A DNA stretch of 63,063 nucleotides, filler included, from Octopus bimaculoides (GCF_001194135.2; 4 parts of 4 records of this genome joined end to end with filler, not necessarily neighbours in it), one strand, 5' to 3'. Shown: positions 23,260-35,870, counted from the whole stretch's first letter. Made by a program: numbers and translations. Notes: generated from the sequence alone by a model not told the origin.

Positions 23260-25400
23260 CAATGGTCAGTAGAAAGTGGGCAGGCAGTTTTTGAGTATGT
23301 GTGTGTTGTGTGGGTGTGATTTTCTAGTAGTGTGTGCCTGTATTTTTGTGTGCGTGTGTGTATGTGTATATATACGTGTGTATATGCGTGCGGTTTGCTC
23401 TGTGGATCGCACGTGGGTTATTTCGTGTATGTGTGTGCATGTGCGTGTATATGCGTAGTATGTGTGCGTGTATGTGTTAATGTTTGTTGTGTGTGTGTGA
23501 GAGTTATATGTGGGTTCATTTGCGTGTGTGTCCATGTATGTATACCTGGGTGTGTGTGTTGTGNNNNNNNNNNNNNNNNNNNNNNNNNNNNNNNNNNNNN
23601 NNNNNNNNNNNNNNNNNNNNNNNNNNNNNNNNNNNNNNNNNNNNNNNNNNNNNNNNNNNNNNNNNNNNNNNNNNNNNNNNNNNNNNNNNNNNNNNNNNNN
23701 NNNNNNNNNNNNNNNNNNNNNNNNNNNNNNNNNNNNNNNNNNNNNNNNNNNNNNNNNNNNNNNNNNNNNNNNNNNNNNNNNNNNNNNNNNNNNNNNNNNN
23801 NNNNNNNNNNNNNNNNNNNNNNNNNNNNNNNNNNNNNNNNNNNNNNNNNNNNNNNNNNNNNNNNNNNNNNNNNNNNNNNNNNNNNNNNNNNNNNNNNNNN
23901 NNNNNNNNNNNNNNNNNNNNNNNNNNNNNNNNNNNNNNNNNNNNNNNNNNNNNNNNNNNNNNNNNNNNNNNNNNNNNNNNNNNNNNNNNNNNNNNNNNNN
24001 NNNNNNNNNNNNNNNNNNNNNNNNNNNNNNNNNNNNNNNNNNNNNNNNNNNNNNNNNNNNNNNNNNNNNNNNNNNNNNNNNNNNNNNNNNNNNNNNNNNN
24101 NNNNNNNNNNNNNNNNNNNNNNNNNNNNNNNNNNNNNNNNNNNNNNNNNNNNNNNNNNNNNNNNNNNNNNNNNNNACCATATATATAGTACATGTGTGTG
24201 TGCGTGCATGTGTGCGTGTGTGTGTGTGCGTGTGTGTCTGTATGTATGTGTGTGTATATTTTGTGCGTGCGCTTGTATATATGTATATGTGTATATTGTG
24301 TATGGTTTTGTGCGTGCGTGTATTTTTGTATACGTGTGTATGTTGTGTATATGTTTGTATGTGTATGTTGTGTATATGTGCGTTCCTGTGTACGTGTGTG
24401 TGTGTGCGTGCGTTTGCTTCTGTACGTGCGTGCATGTGCTTGTGTTGTTTATGCCCATGTGTGTGTAATTGTATGCGTGTCCTTGTGAGTGTGTTGTGTT
24501 TGTGAGAGGTGTGTGTACGTGCGTGTGCGAGTATGTGTGTGTATGCGTGTGCGTGTGTGTATGTGTGTACGTATGTGTATGTGGGTATGTGTGTGGATGT
24601 GCGTACGCGCGTGTGTGTGGGATTGTGAGTGTTACGTACGTGTGCGTGCGTGTGTGTGCGCGTGTGTGTATATGTGTGTCTGTATGCGTGTGTGTATATT
24701 TTTTTGTGCGTGCGCGTATGTCTGTATGTGTGTATTGTGTATGTTTTCGTGCGTGCGTGTGTGTGTGTATGTGTGTGTATATGTGCGTTCCTGTGTATGT
24801 GTGTGCATGTGCATGCGTTTGCTTACGTACGTGCGTAAGTGCGTGTGTCATTTAAGCCCCTTGTGTGTGTAGTTGTATGCGTGTTTGTGTGAGTGTGTGT
24901 TGTGTATGTGAGAGGTGTGTGAGCGAGTGTGTGTGTGTGCATGTGTGTGTGTATATGTGTGTGTGTATATGTGTGTGTGCGTGCGTATGTGTGTGTGTGA
25001 GCGTAAAGATGTGTGCCAAAGTATGTGTGTTTTATTGCGTGTGTGTACCCCTGNNNNNNNNNNTGTGTGCCAAAGTATGTGTGTTTTATTGCGTGTGTGT
25101 ACCCCTGTGTGTGTGTGTGTGTGTGTATATGTATGTGGCTGTGTATGTATGTGTATGTAGGCGTGCACGTTATGTATGCGCGTATATATGGGTGTGTTTG
25201 TGTGTGTGTAGGGCTGTGTGAGTAGGTGTGTGTGAATAGGTATGTGTGTATCACTGTGCGTGTGTATGTGTGTATATATGTGTGCGTTCGTCTATATGTG
25301 TGTGTGAGCAATCATGCATGTTTGTCATGCATGTTGTCAGGTGTGTGGGCGGTATATATGTCAGGTGTGTGGGAGGTGTATGTGTCATATATATATATAT
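23260..25400. repeat. Degenerate TG-rich low-complexity satellite with about 400-bp higher-order duplication
   Basis: Cryptic (TG/TA/CG)n; blocks near 24330-24520 recur near 24740-24925. Confidence 0.8.
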
Positions 25401-26499
25401 ATATATATGAAAGAAAGTTTGAAAATGCACTTATTTTTAAAAAATATTTATTTACTTAACCAGTTTCACTTTTTTAGAAAAAGATTATCAAAAGTCTTTG
25501 AGAANNNNNNNNNNNNNNNNNNNNNNNNNNNNNNNNNNNNNNNNNNNNNNNNNNNNNNNNNNNNNNNNNNNNNNNNNNNNNNNNNNNNNNNNNNNNNNNN
25601 NNNNNNNNNNNNNNNNNNNNNNNNNNNNNNNNNNNNNNNNNNNNNNNNNNNNNNNNNNNNNNNNNNNNNNNNNNNNNNNNNNNNNNNNNNNNNNNNNNNN
25701 NNNNNNNNNNNNNNNNNNNNNNNNNNNNNNNNNNNNNNNNNNNNNNNNNNNNNNNNNNNNNNNNNNNNNNNNNNNNNNNNNNNNNNNNNNNNNNNNNNNN
25801 NNNNNNNNNNNNNNNNNNNNNNNNNNNNNNNNNNNNNNNNNNNNNNNNNNNNNNNNNNNNNNNNNNNNNNNNNNNNNNNNNNNNNNNNNNNNNNNNNNNN
25901 NNNNNNNNNNNNNNNNNNNNNNNNNNNNNNNNNNNNNNNNNNNNNNNNNNNNNNNNNNNNNNNNNNNNNNNNNNNNNNNNNNNNNNNNGAAATTAATTTT
26001 GTGTAACTAAACACGTTTGAGCTTCGGACACTGGTAGAATGTGTAATATAAAATATCTTTTACTCTTAACGTTGTTGAGACAAGTTTCTATTTACGAAGT
26101 TATTTCGTGTTAAATTTGTCGTATATCGGTAATTTCAACCAATCAATGACGGGTATTCAGCTGAATAAAATTACTGCTGTTGTTTGTCAACAACAACTTC
26201 CGGCGGTGTATATTTTATTTGTCTTTGTTATTTATGACATATTTCATCTCGGTTACGTTCGTATGACTATACGAGTGTAACTGAAGCACGTTTACTTGTC
26301 TCAGCAACTGTAAGACAACGTCCCACAACCCTACAACTTTCACTAGCTCTAATTCTGTTCTCTTACAACTATCGCTATCTGTGGATTACTACTAACAATT
26401 TGTGTACGCCAAACTATGCAAAAAAAAAAAAAAAAAGAAAATTCTACCACATCTAACTTTCTTTCGCATGCTCTCGGATATTATAACCTGCCCGTCGAG

Positions 26500-26600
26500 G
26501 TATAGTATTTGCTGACTTTTCCGATTGTCGATAAATGACTGAGTGACCAAATCCAAGCTTCTCTCCCGTCGTTAGATGACGTATGAGGGTTCAGCAATTT
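26500..26600 (-). mobile_element. Short mariner transposase fragment related to 27038-27904
   Basis: TTTGCTGACTTTTCCGAT...CCAAATCCAAGCTTCT is shared with about 27395-27457. Confidence 0.55.
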
Positions 26601-26689
26601 TTTACCGAACAACCACACAGATGATTTGTTTATAGTGATCAAATGTTTGTGTAGACATAAGGTCACTCCCTCCATCAAATCGACATTAC

Positions 26690-26995
26690 CTGTACAGGTG
26701 CACCATGAGCCACATGCCAGATGATGAAATGATCACAGAGCAACATGAAATGAAGTGCTTTGCTCAAAAACACAACGCAACACCCGGTTTGGGAATCGAA
26801 TCCACGATGCCTTGCCTTGACTTAATGTTGTAAATGAATGTCACAAACTTGCAATAAATGTCCTTCATTTCCATTCTTCCGAGAAAACATGTCTGGTCGC
26901 GGGGAATATTATCTTACTTGGAAAAAGGTATGGGTTGGTAACAGAAAGAGTATCCAACCATAGAAAATCTACCTCAGCAAATTCCATCTTACCCA
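26690..26995. mobile_element. SINE fragments (minus-strand B-box head and a second tail fragment)
   Basis: GGGAATCGAATCC (reverse B box) with TTGCTCAAAAACACAACGC body; later GGTTGGTAACAGAAAGAGTATCCAACC tail-like segment. Confidence 0.5.
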
Positions 26996-27037
26996 GTAAA
27001 TGATGACGATGATGATGATGACATATATATATATATA

Positions 27038-27904
27038 TTGGTCACCCATAAATAATTAGTTTTTTTTATACTTTTATTTTTCAAAATTAAAATAAACAGA
27101 TTTCTTTTAAATCTAAAATATAATCTCCTTTATTTTCTACAATGCTTTTCCATCTGTCTGGTAGACTTGCAAGGCCCCTCTTCCGAAATTCACTTGTCCA
27201 TGACGAAAAATACTCCTCCAGTACTGTTCTGACCTCGTCTACAGAATTCATATTTTTTCTGTCCAAATGATTTTGAAGACTGCGGAGTAAATGATAATCA
27301 GAAATTGGCAATGGATTATTCGTGAGACGTGACAGCAAAGAAGAGCACACATTCCCTCTCTGCACGGAAAGTTTGTGAGAAACCCATTGACTCAATTTGC
27401 TGACTTTTCCGATAGCACACAGTGTCAATGAATGGTTGAGTGATTAAATCCAAGCTTCTTTGCTTGTTCCTCAACAGTTACAATGGGATTTTGTTCCACC
27501 AGGGTTTGCAGGACGTCTTCGTCGAGTTCTACAAATTTTCCAGGACAGGGTTCGTTTTCTAGGCTGTAGTTTCCGGCTCGGAATTTCTGGAACCACCGTT
27601 GACACTGGCTTACGCTTATTGTCTGATCCCCAAATATTGCATTAATGTTCCTCGCACTTTCCATTGCGTTTTTACCTTTATTGAACTCATAAAGTAAAAT
27701 ATGCCGAATATGCTCTTTGTCCCTTCGATTATAGCTTTGAAAAAATAACTGTTAAAATCGAACTGCACTCTTCAAAACTTGCACTAAGAAGGTAAAAATT
27801 ACTGCCTGCTTTTATAGCAAGTTGATGCAGGTAGTTTATCCCGTTCCCCTCCGACTTTTAGTTCATGCAATTGAAAAAACCGCATTATTTATGGGATGAC
27901 CCAA
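27038..27904 (-). mobile_element. Internally deleted mariner transposon (Mos1/Hsmar-like), 867 bp
   Basis: About 28-bp TIRs TTGG(G)TCA(T)CCCATAAATAAT with flanking TA. ORFs give an N-terminal HTH (QRWFQKFRAG), QWVSHKL (WVPHEL) fused directly to PISDYHLLRSLQNHL...LPDRW; the first two catalytic Asp are deleted. Confidence 0.9.
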
Positions 27905-28333
27905 TATCTATCATATATATATATTCAATAAATTTATAACGTATTTAGAGGTTTTGATTTTTTTAAATACTATTAACTGACATAAAAATGGTAATTTATA
28001 CTTGTATAAATAGGGGTAAATCTTACACTAAATTATTAATTCCTGTAATGTTTATATATAGATAGGTTGTAGAAGTTGATGTGTTTATAATATAGTCGTT
28101 GAGGGTTTCTTTATGCTTAGCATTTTCTATATATATCGGTATTGTATTTTTAGGTGTTTAATTTTATCAATTTTGAAAATTTTTCAATTTTAAAAATTTC
28201 TTAATTTTTACAAGTATATTTGTAATTTATATATTTTTATTATATTTTTATTCATATTCTTATTTTTCTATTTAATATGTCTTAGAATACGTAGTTTTAA
28301 CTTTGATCCGTTAATAATAATAACAATAAAATA

Positions 28334-28419
28334 AATAGCCTGAGGACGCACGGGTGGATTTATGTATTAGGTATAGCCTGGATAAACACCCCACCAGCGC
28401 AGAAACACGTGTAGCGTTG
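28334..28419 (+). ncRNA. Type I hammerhead ribozyme motif with a long stem II
   Basis: CTGAGGA at 28340-46; stem II CGCACGGGTGG/CCACCAGCGCA 8/11; GAAA at 28402-05; palindromic ACACGTGT; GUA triplet; stem I only partly paired. Confidence 0.65.
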
Positions 28420-29399
28420 ATTAAAAATATCTTTTTTCCCTATAGACTAATAACAGGTAAGTTATATATATATTTTCAAATATTTTTAAAATAATTTTTT
28501 TATAAATAATTTAATTGTACTTTATAGTAGGTTTTAAAATGCTTATATTATTTTATTATTATATTGGATGTAACTTTCTATGTGTATTCCTGACAATAAG
28601 GTTGTCCTGAAATAGGAGTTGCGGTTCTATTGGTAACATCCCGAATTTGTAATAATATTATAAATGGTACTGTTTACATTGCATTCGTAAAGTGTAAAAT
28701 AGTAAATGTCCTGATAACCTGGAAAACTTATTATTCCCCAAGTTTTTTTTTAAATNNNNNNNNNNNNNNNNNNNNNNNNNNNNNNNNNNNNNNNNNNNNN
28801 NNNNNNNNNNNNNNNNNNNNNNNNNNNNNNNNNNNNNNNNNNNNNNNNNNNNNNNNNNNNNNNNNNNNNNNNNNNNNNNNNNNNNNNNNNNNNNNNNNNN
28901 NNNNNNNNNNNNNNNNNNNNNNNNNATATATATATAAAGAGCGATAGGGAGATAGAGAAAGAAAGAGAAAGAGAAAAAGAAAGAAAGAGTACTATGTTGT
29001 CTAATGCATGCCAGCCTTTTTAGGATGTGATTTGAGTGGAATTGCGGTGCTATTTCTAGCTGGTTGAGCATCCAAGTAAAGGGTCTCTTGTTAGTTTGGG
29101 GTTATAATTTTGTTGTTGAATATTCTGGGTTTGTAATAAATGCACTTTTATTACACAATATTGGCTAGTGATGGATGATGTCAAGTGTCATAGTGGAGAA
29201 TGAGTGGCAATCAAGCTAATGAAGGAGTCTCAATGCTAGAAATGGAGAAGTACACGGTTGTAAGTAAACTTTCACCAACATTTAAATTTAAAACTGGCTC
29301 AGTAACAAGGCTTCTAAAAGTCCATATGAAAAACATGGTTGAGACCAAGCATAGGCATCCTTTTTCAGCCACTGAGCCACATGATTAACTGGGTTACAC

Positions 29400-29765
29400 C
29401 ACTGAAAGCAAATATTAGCACATTCTTTTTTGTCTTGCAAGTTACTTGGTGACCCTGCCAGTGCAGGCACCACTTAAAAGCACCCAGTCCACACTTTGGT
29501 TGGTGTTTGGAAGGGCATCCGGTAGTAAAAGCCTTGCGAAAACTGACCTCATTTGTGCTTGTGCCACGTAAAAAGCAATAAGTCTACTCTGCTGAAAGGT
29601 TGGTGTTAGGAAGGGCATCCAGCTGTAAAAATCCTGCCAAAACAGTTACAGAAGTCTGCTGCAGGCTTCTGCCTGGCCGGCTTTTGTCAGACCGTCCCAC
29701 CCATGCTAGCATGGAAGGCAGGCGTTAAACGATGCTGCTGCTGATGCTGATGATGATGATGATGA
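29400..29765 (+). mobile_element. SINE/LINE-tail repeat with an internal tandem duplication, ending in (GAT)n
   Basis: GGTTGGTGTT(T/A)GGAAGGGCATCC occurs twice (about 29498 and 29599); (GCT/GAT)n tail. Confidence 0.55.
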
Positions 29766-30479
29766 AACCTTCAAAATGACTTCTCCCGTATAACATGAAG
29801 TATCCTTGACAGAGCCCCTCCTTACTCACCTGGATCTTATAATTGCCTGCTTCACCTCCCTCAAAAACCACACACTCTACATCAGCTTACAGTATACACC
29901 AATTGGAAAAATGACTTGTCTTAGTGTTCCCTTCAGGAACACACCTAGATAATGAACTCAAAGCACTTGGTCTCTGATAAAACAGATGTACCACCCTTGG
30001 CCTAGATGTGCCACACACAATAGCAGGTTATACAATTTCTGCTGCTCATAGAGCTTACAATTTAGGTTACTCATGACAGTTACATGAAATCATTTATAAC
30101 TTGATACCATCAAATCAGTCACCTCCACATAACAACTGCCATTGCTAAAGTACCACACCTAATAGAATAATGACAAATTAACTGATTGGTGTCAACATAT
30201 TGTCTACTCTGCAATAATCAATGTAAAGAACTGATGTCATTGAATGCTGATAAAGGGCACCAACATCCTGTCCTCACAAATTGCAGCTAACAATAAAACA
30301 ACTAATGTTGCTATGATAGCAAAAACAACCTGAACAGATCAATGTAGGCTTAAATACATTAGAAGCCATATAAAATTTCTTTTAGCTTTTTTCCATTCTG
30401 TCTCCAAACTTCTGATGAAATGGACATGTCCTAGGGCCACAAAGCTTTGAGTGATGAGGAGTTGAATCATATTGTTATT

Positions 30480-31563
30480 AAATTCATGTAGTTCCAACCA
30501 AATGTGTTGAGTGCTACTTTCTTTTTTTTATTTATTTGTGCGCAAGTGTGTGAAGTTAGGAGACAGGTATATCTAGCTAGGGAAGAAGTAGAAAGGAAGT
30601 GCTCATCAAACAGCTTTACATTTAGCAAGTGTACTGCATTCGAGTAAACTTTGTTTACTCGAACGTAGAAAGTTAAAAAATGGGAAAGGTGTTGGGCAAG
30701 GCTGCATACTTTCTCCACGCTTGTCCAAAATGTACACTAAGTAGATAATGCAAAAAGCAATATAGGAAGAAGATAATATTAAAATACATAGCTTGCATAT
30801 TTCTAATCTAAGGTATGCAAATGAACTGTTCTACTTGTCAATACTGAAGCCTGACTACAAGTCGAGTCGAGTCGAGAAAGTATCAAATATGAACAGTCTT
30901 TATCTCAACCATAAGAAAGTAAAAGACATGCCTGTAGGGAAAGAGAGAGAACATGTTAACGTTAAACTTGGCAGTGCGAGGATCAAACAGGTTGAATTGT
31001 ACAAGTATCTTGGATCCCAAATTTCTGATGAAGTACATGTAAGAAATAAATTAAGATATGGTTAGCCATGGCAAGAATGTCAGTGAAAAAGCTTAAGAAC
31101 ATTTGGAATTGCAAAAGTGTCCCAACTAAGTTAAAAACAAGGCTAGTGTGAACATTCGTTTGCCTAATGGTTATCTATTGTTACGAAGAATGGACTCTGA
31201 ACAAATTTACAGAAAATATAATCAATGCGTTTGAAATGTGGGTGTATAGGAGAATGTTACGAGTCTCTTACAAAGTTCACCGGACAAATGAATGGATATT
31301 ACAAATAGGTAAAAGAGCATTGTGAAATAACAAAAGCTCATCTATTATGACCATATTTGAAGAATTAGAGGTCTGGAAAACATTATCATGGAAGGAAGAA
31401 CAAAGTGCAATAGATCGAGAGGCAGGCAAATAATGCAATGAATGGACAATATCACGAACTGATTGGATAAGAGTGACAAGGCAGTTGGGGAACTCGCGCT
31501 TAACCGGGAAGACTTCTTTGCGGTGTCATCAATGCGCTGCAGGCATACGATACATAACGACGA
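30480..31563 (+). mobile_element. RTE-clade LINE, decayed RT and 3' end
   Basis: ISNLRYANE (YADD-like), LNHKKVK, YKYLGSQI, YEEWTL...INAFEMWVYRRMLRVS; ACG/ATG tail. Confidence 0.85.
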
Positions 31564-31564
31564 T

Positions 31565-31821
31565 GAATAATTTCTTGAGCAGAAACAAACCTATAAATAC
31601 CTAGTAATAAATGAATGCTTTAGCATTCAGCATGCAAACATGAAAGAGAAGATCAGAAAGAAATGTTACGAGCAGTTCAGAAATCTGAACTGAATGCGCA
31701 TAACAAGGTGTTAGCCATAAATTCCTTAGCAGTTCCAATTGTTACTTATAGCTTCAATGTGTTAAACTGGAATGTCAGTGAAATAAAGTATGCTGCTGAC
31801 TTGTACGAAGATGCACCACCC
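31565..31821 (+). mobile_element. Dong/R4-type RLE LINE piece D1a (continues at 43614)
   Basis: LEQKQTYKYL...SELNAHNKVLAINSLAVPIVTYSF...LLTCTKMHHP; interrupted at the CACCC TSD. Confidence 0.85.
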
Positions 31822-32188
31822 TATTATAACGTAAGACGAATTATAATATTATACTCAGATGATAACTTTAATAAAAGAACGAAGAAAACATTGCAACAGT
31901 TCCAAACTGAAGGGCAAAATGGTGAGCTGTAACTTCAATTGTCCACGATGCAAGATGAACTATCTGTACCACAGTAAGTGTGCTAAGGTGAAAAGGGCAA
32001 ACCCTTAACAATGAGTCGATGGATATCTAACGTCACCTGGTAGCGTTCATAAAGTGTTCCCTCGGACGAGTCGACGTAAGCTTAAATAATAAACGATGTG
32101 GGAGTGAAAAACATCACGATAGAATCGTGTCCACTGATTGAATGACACTTAAACAATATTTTGTGTCGAGACAACTGGAGTTGTCTCG
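31822..32188 (-). repeat. Element A 3' LTR (367 bp)
   Basis: Direct repeat of the split right LTR; adjacent PPT TGAGAGGGAAGA (minus strand). Confidence 0.9.
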
Positions 32189-32583
32189 TCTTCCCTCTCA
32201 TTAAAAGATGAATAGTTGGTATATGAATAAGTTTTATTTTGAGAGTTTACCTGTATGTGTTCAACCGGTTTTCTATTTCCACAGGACCTTCGTAAATTTG
32301 ACGAAGTAGTTTCATTTTTAGGGTTTACCTGCATGTACGCAACAAGTTTTCTATTTCGACTGGACCTACCTAAATTTGACGAAATAGTTTCTAATTCAGT
32401 TTAAATATCTTGATTTTTCGTATTTCCTTGATCTTGATTCATAAAAAGTGGTATTGATGACTCTCTCTTCCGTCTTAACTGGTTGACGTACCGCACTAAG
32501 GTGAAAGGTGCAACTAATTTCTCATATATGACGTTACTTCTCTGCTTTATCAACTGACCATCTTGCCACTTGGGATGACCTGG

Positions 32584-33480
32584 TCAAGTATCAAGTACGT
32601 ATACTAGATCTCTTCGTCTGTACCTTGGTATACTAGTTAATTTTGGTGAAAGTTTTGCATTTCTAGATTTCATCATATCAAAAACATTGCGAAATTTTCT
32701 CTGAGACATTATTTCTGCAGGTGACTTGCTTCCAAGCACAGCAGCATTCGGTGTTATTCTGCAGTTCATTAAAAAGAGTTGCAAATTTTCTTCTAACTTA
32801 CCACTCCTCTCAATTTTGAGTTATGAACACTTATTGGTATCCACGAATATCTCTGCTAACCCATTAGATTGAGGATGATATGGAGGAGTTCTTACATCAT
32901 TGATAAGTTTTCTTACAATTCTAGAGAAGTGAAATGTGAACTGTTATCCGATGCTAAAACTTCAGGTAAGCCAAATCTTGAAAAATACTTGACGTAGCTT
33001 TTGTTTTGTGGATGAAATTGTTGTTTGACACATAATGAAAACCTCCGGCCATTTAGATAATGTGTCGACCATAATAATAATAAAAAACAATAGTTGCCAT
33101 TATGAGGTCCTGTAAAATCGATGTGTACTCTAAACCATGGTTCTTTTGGAACTGGCTGAGAGCTTATTTGAATAGGTAATTTTTGAGGCTCTTGCACATT
33201 TCGAACATGCTGGCATAAGAGACTCATTATGTTTGTCAAGTACCGGCCAATAAATGTAACTTCTTGCTGAAGCCTTCATTTTTGAAGTTCCTGGATGATG
33301 TGTGTGAAATTAGTTCAGCACCAACTTTTTAAGACTTTGAAATAATAGTACGACTAGCCATCATTAAGCTGTCATCAACAACTGAGAGATAATCACGCTT
33401 CAAATAGAATTGTTGCATATCTTTATCGCAGACTTTTTTCTAGCCAACTATACCTATGATATTTAATAACTTCTTTTAGA
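32584..33480 (-). pseudogene. Element A integrase remnant
   Basis: PWFRVHIDFTGP, SDNSSHFTS and FLMNCRITP...SPAEIM motifs across frameshifted ORFs. Confidence 0.85.
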
Positions 33481-33582
33481 ACAGGTTCATTTAATGTTTC
33501 TTGTTTTACCAGTTCTAAAGTAACAGATAAAAATTTGATTGAATCCGTTAGCACTTGGTGGGTCTTAAGTTCAATATTTATA

Positions 33583-34014
33583 TTAGCAAGTCATTGCTGG
33601 GTATTCATTTATTAAGCGTGAAAGACTATCTGCATAGGTAAAAGATAAAGTTAGCACATTACTTATATTGAAATTATAGCCCAAAAGCATGGTTGCCCAG
33701 CGTTTCAAACGATTCAATGTATATACTGGGACTCCAGATTTTGAACATAATAATTTCAGGAGTGGTTTATGGTCAGTTTGAAGAGCGAACATTCTACCAT
33801 GTATCATGCGATGAAATTTTTTTACTGCATAAAGAATTACCAATGATTCCATTTCGATTTGTGAACATTTCTTTTCAACTTTTGATAAACTTTTTGAAGT
33901 ATGCATAACTGGCTTATGTGACCCATCAACCGTTTTATGCCAGAGTACTGCTCCTATTCCATTATCTGACGTATCTGCAGCAATGATAATCTTACTTAGA
34001 TCAAAATGAGTCAA
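33583..34014 (-). pseudogene. Element A RNase H remnant
   Basis: AADTSDNGIGAVL, SQIEMESL, QTDHKPL, YADSLSRL. Confidence 0.9.
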
Positions 34015-34079
34015 TGTCAGGTCAGAAGATAATATTTCTTTGAATTTCTCGAATGCTTCTTGACATTGTGAAGATCAGT

Positions 34080-34551
34080 TCATTTTGCGTTGCTAACAAG
34101 TAATGACTTTAGTGCACGCCTTAATTGATGTATGTTAGGTATAAATGAGCTGTAATAACTAACAATTCCTATAAAATAAGTTAGTTTAGTTACGTGTGTG
34201 GGTGGTGGTAAATGCTTGATAATTGCCGTTTTTTCAGGATCTGGAAAACGTCCATCTTTATTCTCGACAAAACCCAAATATGTTAACTGAAGAAGAAAAA
34301 AACAGTTAGCATTTTTTTTTGGTTTTAGACGAAGACCATATTTCTTAATTTGTTCCAAGAGATTCCTTAAATGTTCTTTATGTTGATTATATAACAATAG
34401 TGTCATCAGTACACAAAGACGTACAAAAAATCCGCAAGCATACTATCCATTAGCTGTTGAAAAATCCTTGGGGCAGACTTTACCTCAAAAGGTAATCTGT
34501 TACATTGGTACAATCTACGATGAGTATTTATGGTTAGGAGCTCTTTTGATG
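34080..34551 (-). pseudogene. Element A RT C-terminal half (N-terminal half at 38200-38438)
   Basis: Removing element B restores DLVETYLTIAVSNASKELLTINTHRRLYQCNRLPFEVKSAPRIFQQLMD; the YxDD motif has a 2-nt deletion (TAC T GAT GAC). Confidence 0.88.
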
Positions 34552-34887
34552 TGTAGTGATATCAGTATGTGACAATCTACAATTTTACAGTTGCGTACGA
34601 GAAAGAGGGCTCACCGTCTTGTATGCAAAACGACGAGAAAATTAAGAACTTGTGGGACGTTCATAATAAGTAATAACATATTTATTACTGGATGTAATGC
34701 GTTAACATATAAGAATGGTTTGAAAGAAAAGACTTGTAATATATTACATGAACATACTTTGCAACCACATGTCTCAAAGCAAATGAGGCGAATATGCGCG
34801 CGAGCGGTGTGTGTGAGAGTGCCTTGGCTAAATGCGTACGACTAGGAACCGACAGGCAAAAGGAGTGCGAAATTAGAATTGCGTTCG

Positions 34888-34939
34888 CTTTATATAAGAG
34901 ATGAACCGGAAGTCCCTGACATCCACGTCATCCGGAAGT
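34888..34939 (-). promoter_or_regulatory. Element B LTR promoter module (ETS-CRE-ETS-TATA); also at 38047-38098
   Basis: Two CCGGAAGT sites flank ACGTCA; minus-strand TATATAAAG downstream; AATAAA at 34681-86 (minus); retained in both LTRs. Confidence 0.6.
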
Positions 34940-35577
34940 TAAGTGAAAGCTTCTAGAATATCCGAGAATTTTCGAGAAGATCGAGGGATATTACTCTTGC
35001 TAGATCCCTTTTTCGTTTTGCTTTCCTGCTTGACCGCCAGGGCTTACTACATAACTCACTCCTCCGACGAGAAGTCGATAAGCAAAATCATTGTAGTGAT
35101 CCAGGACAGGTACGAAGCAAAACGAGGTAGTAGAAACATGTGCTTGCAAAACAAGTAGTAAAATGGGAGAAAATCAATATATGCATCATAATAGGTACTG
35201 AATATAAATGCAGAGTTTGGTGCAGCAAACCTTTAGCTACACAGCTATGCACCTCAAACTAAATGCAAAACATGACAATACGAAAAATACAATGTGAAAC
35301 GTGCATGGGAAAAATGTTTTTGAACAAACGTTCTTTTGTAAAAGAAATAGCAAACAGTTTATTTTGTAACACAACGTTAAATATAAATGGTTCTGGATAA
35401 ATTTTGAGGCCAATGTACTGTTCTGCCACTTCTTGTGATATAAGGTTTAAAGGTATGTTGTGTTTGCGGTGCATGTGGCGGTGTTGGTGTAGGAGTGAAT
35501 GTGCGTGGTATGTCAGGTTCTGGAATGAGATTTTCTGAGAAAGCCGTCTTTATTCTGTCGATGTTTCTTTTCGACCA

Positions 35578-35870
35578 TTAACGTCGACTATGAATTTTTT
35601 GGTGAGTGCGACAGTACACGATAAGGTCCAGAATAAGGTGATGTAAGAGATCCTTTAACGGAATCGTTCCGAATAAAAACATGTGTCCACTCAGGGATGT
35701 CTGATGGGAGAGCAGAAGAAATGGATTGGTCCCGCGGAGACATTGGTGGAAGATTGGAGAAGTAAGAACGAAGTCTGTTGACATATGATGTCGTATCAAA
35801 ATCTGATGAATCAACTGGTGTTAACATTTGACCGGGAAGCATCAAGGTGGTGCCGTAAAGAAGTTCAGCT
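35578..35870 (-). pseudogene. Element B integrase C-terminal remnant
   Basis: AELLYGTTLMLPG...FIRNDSVKGSLTSPYSGPYRVL. Confidence 0.85.
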
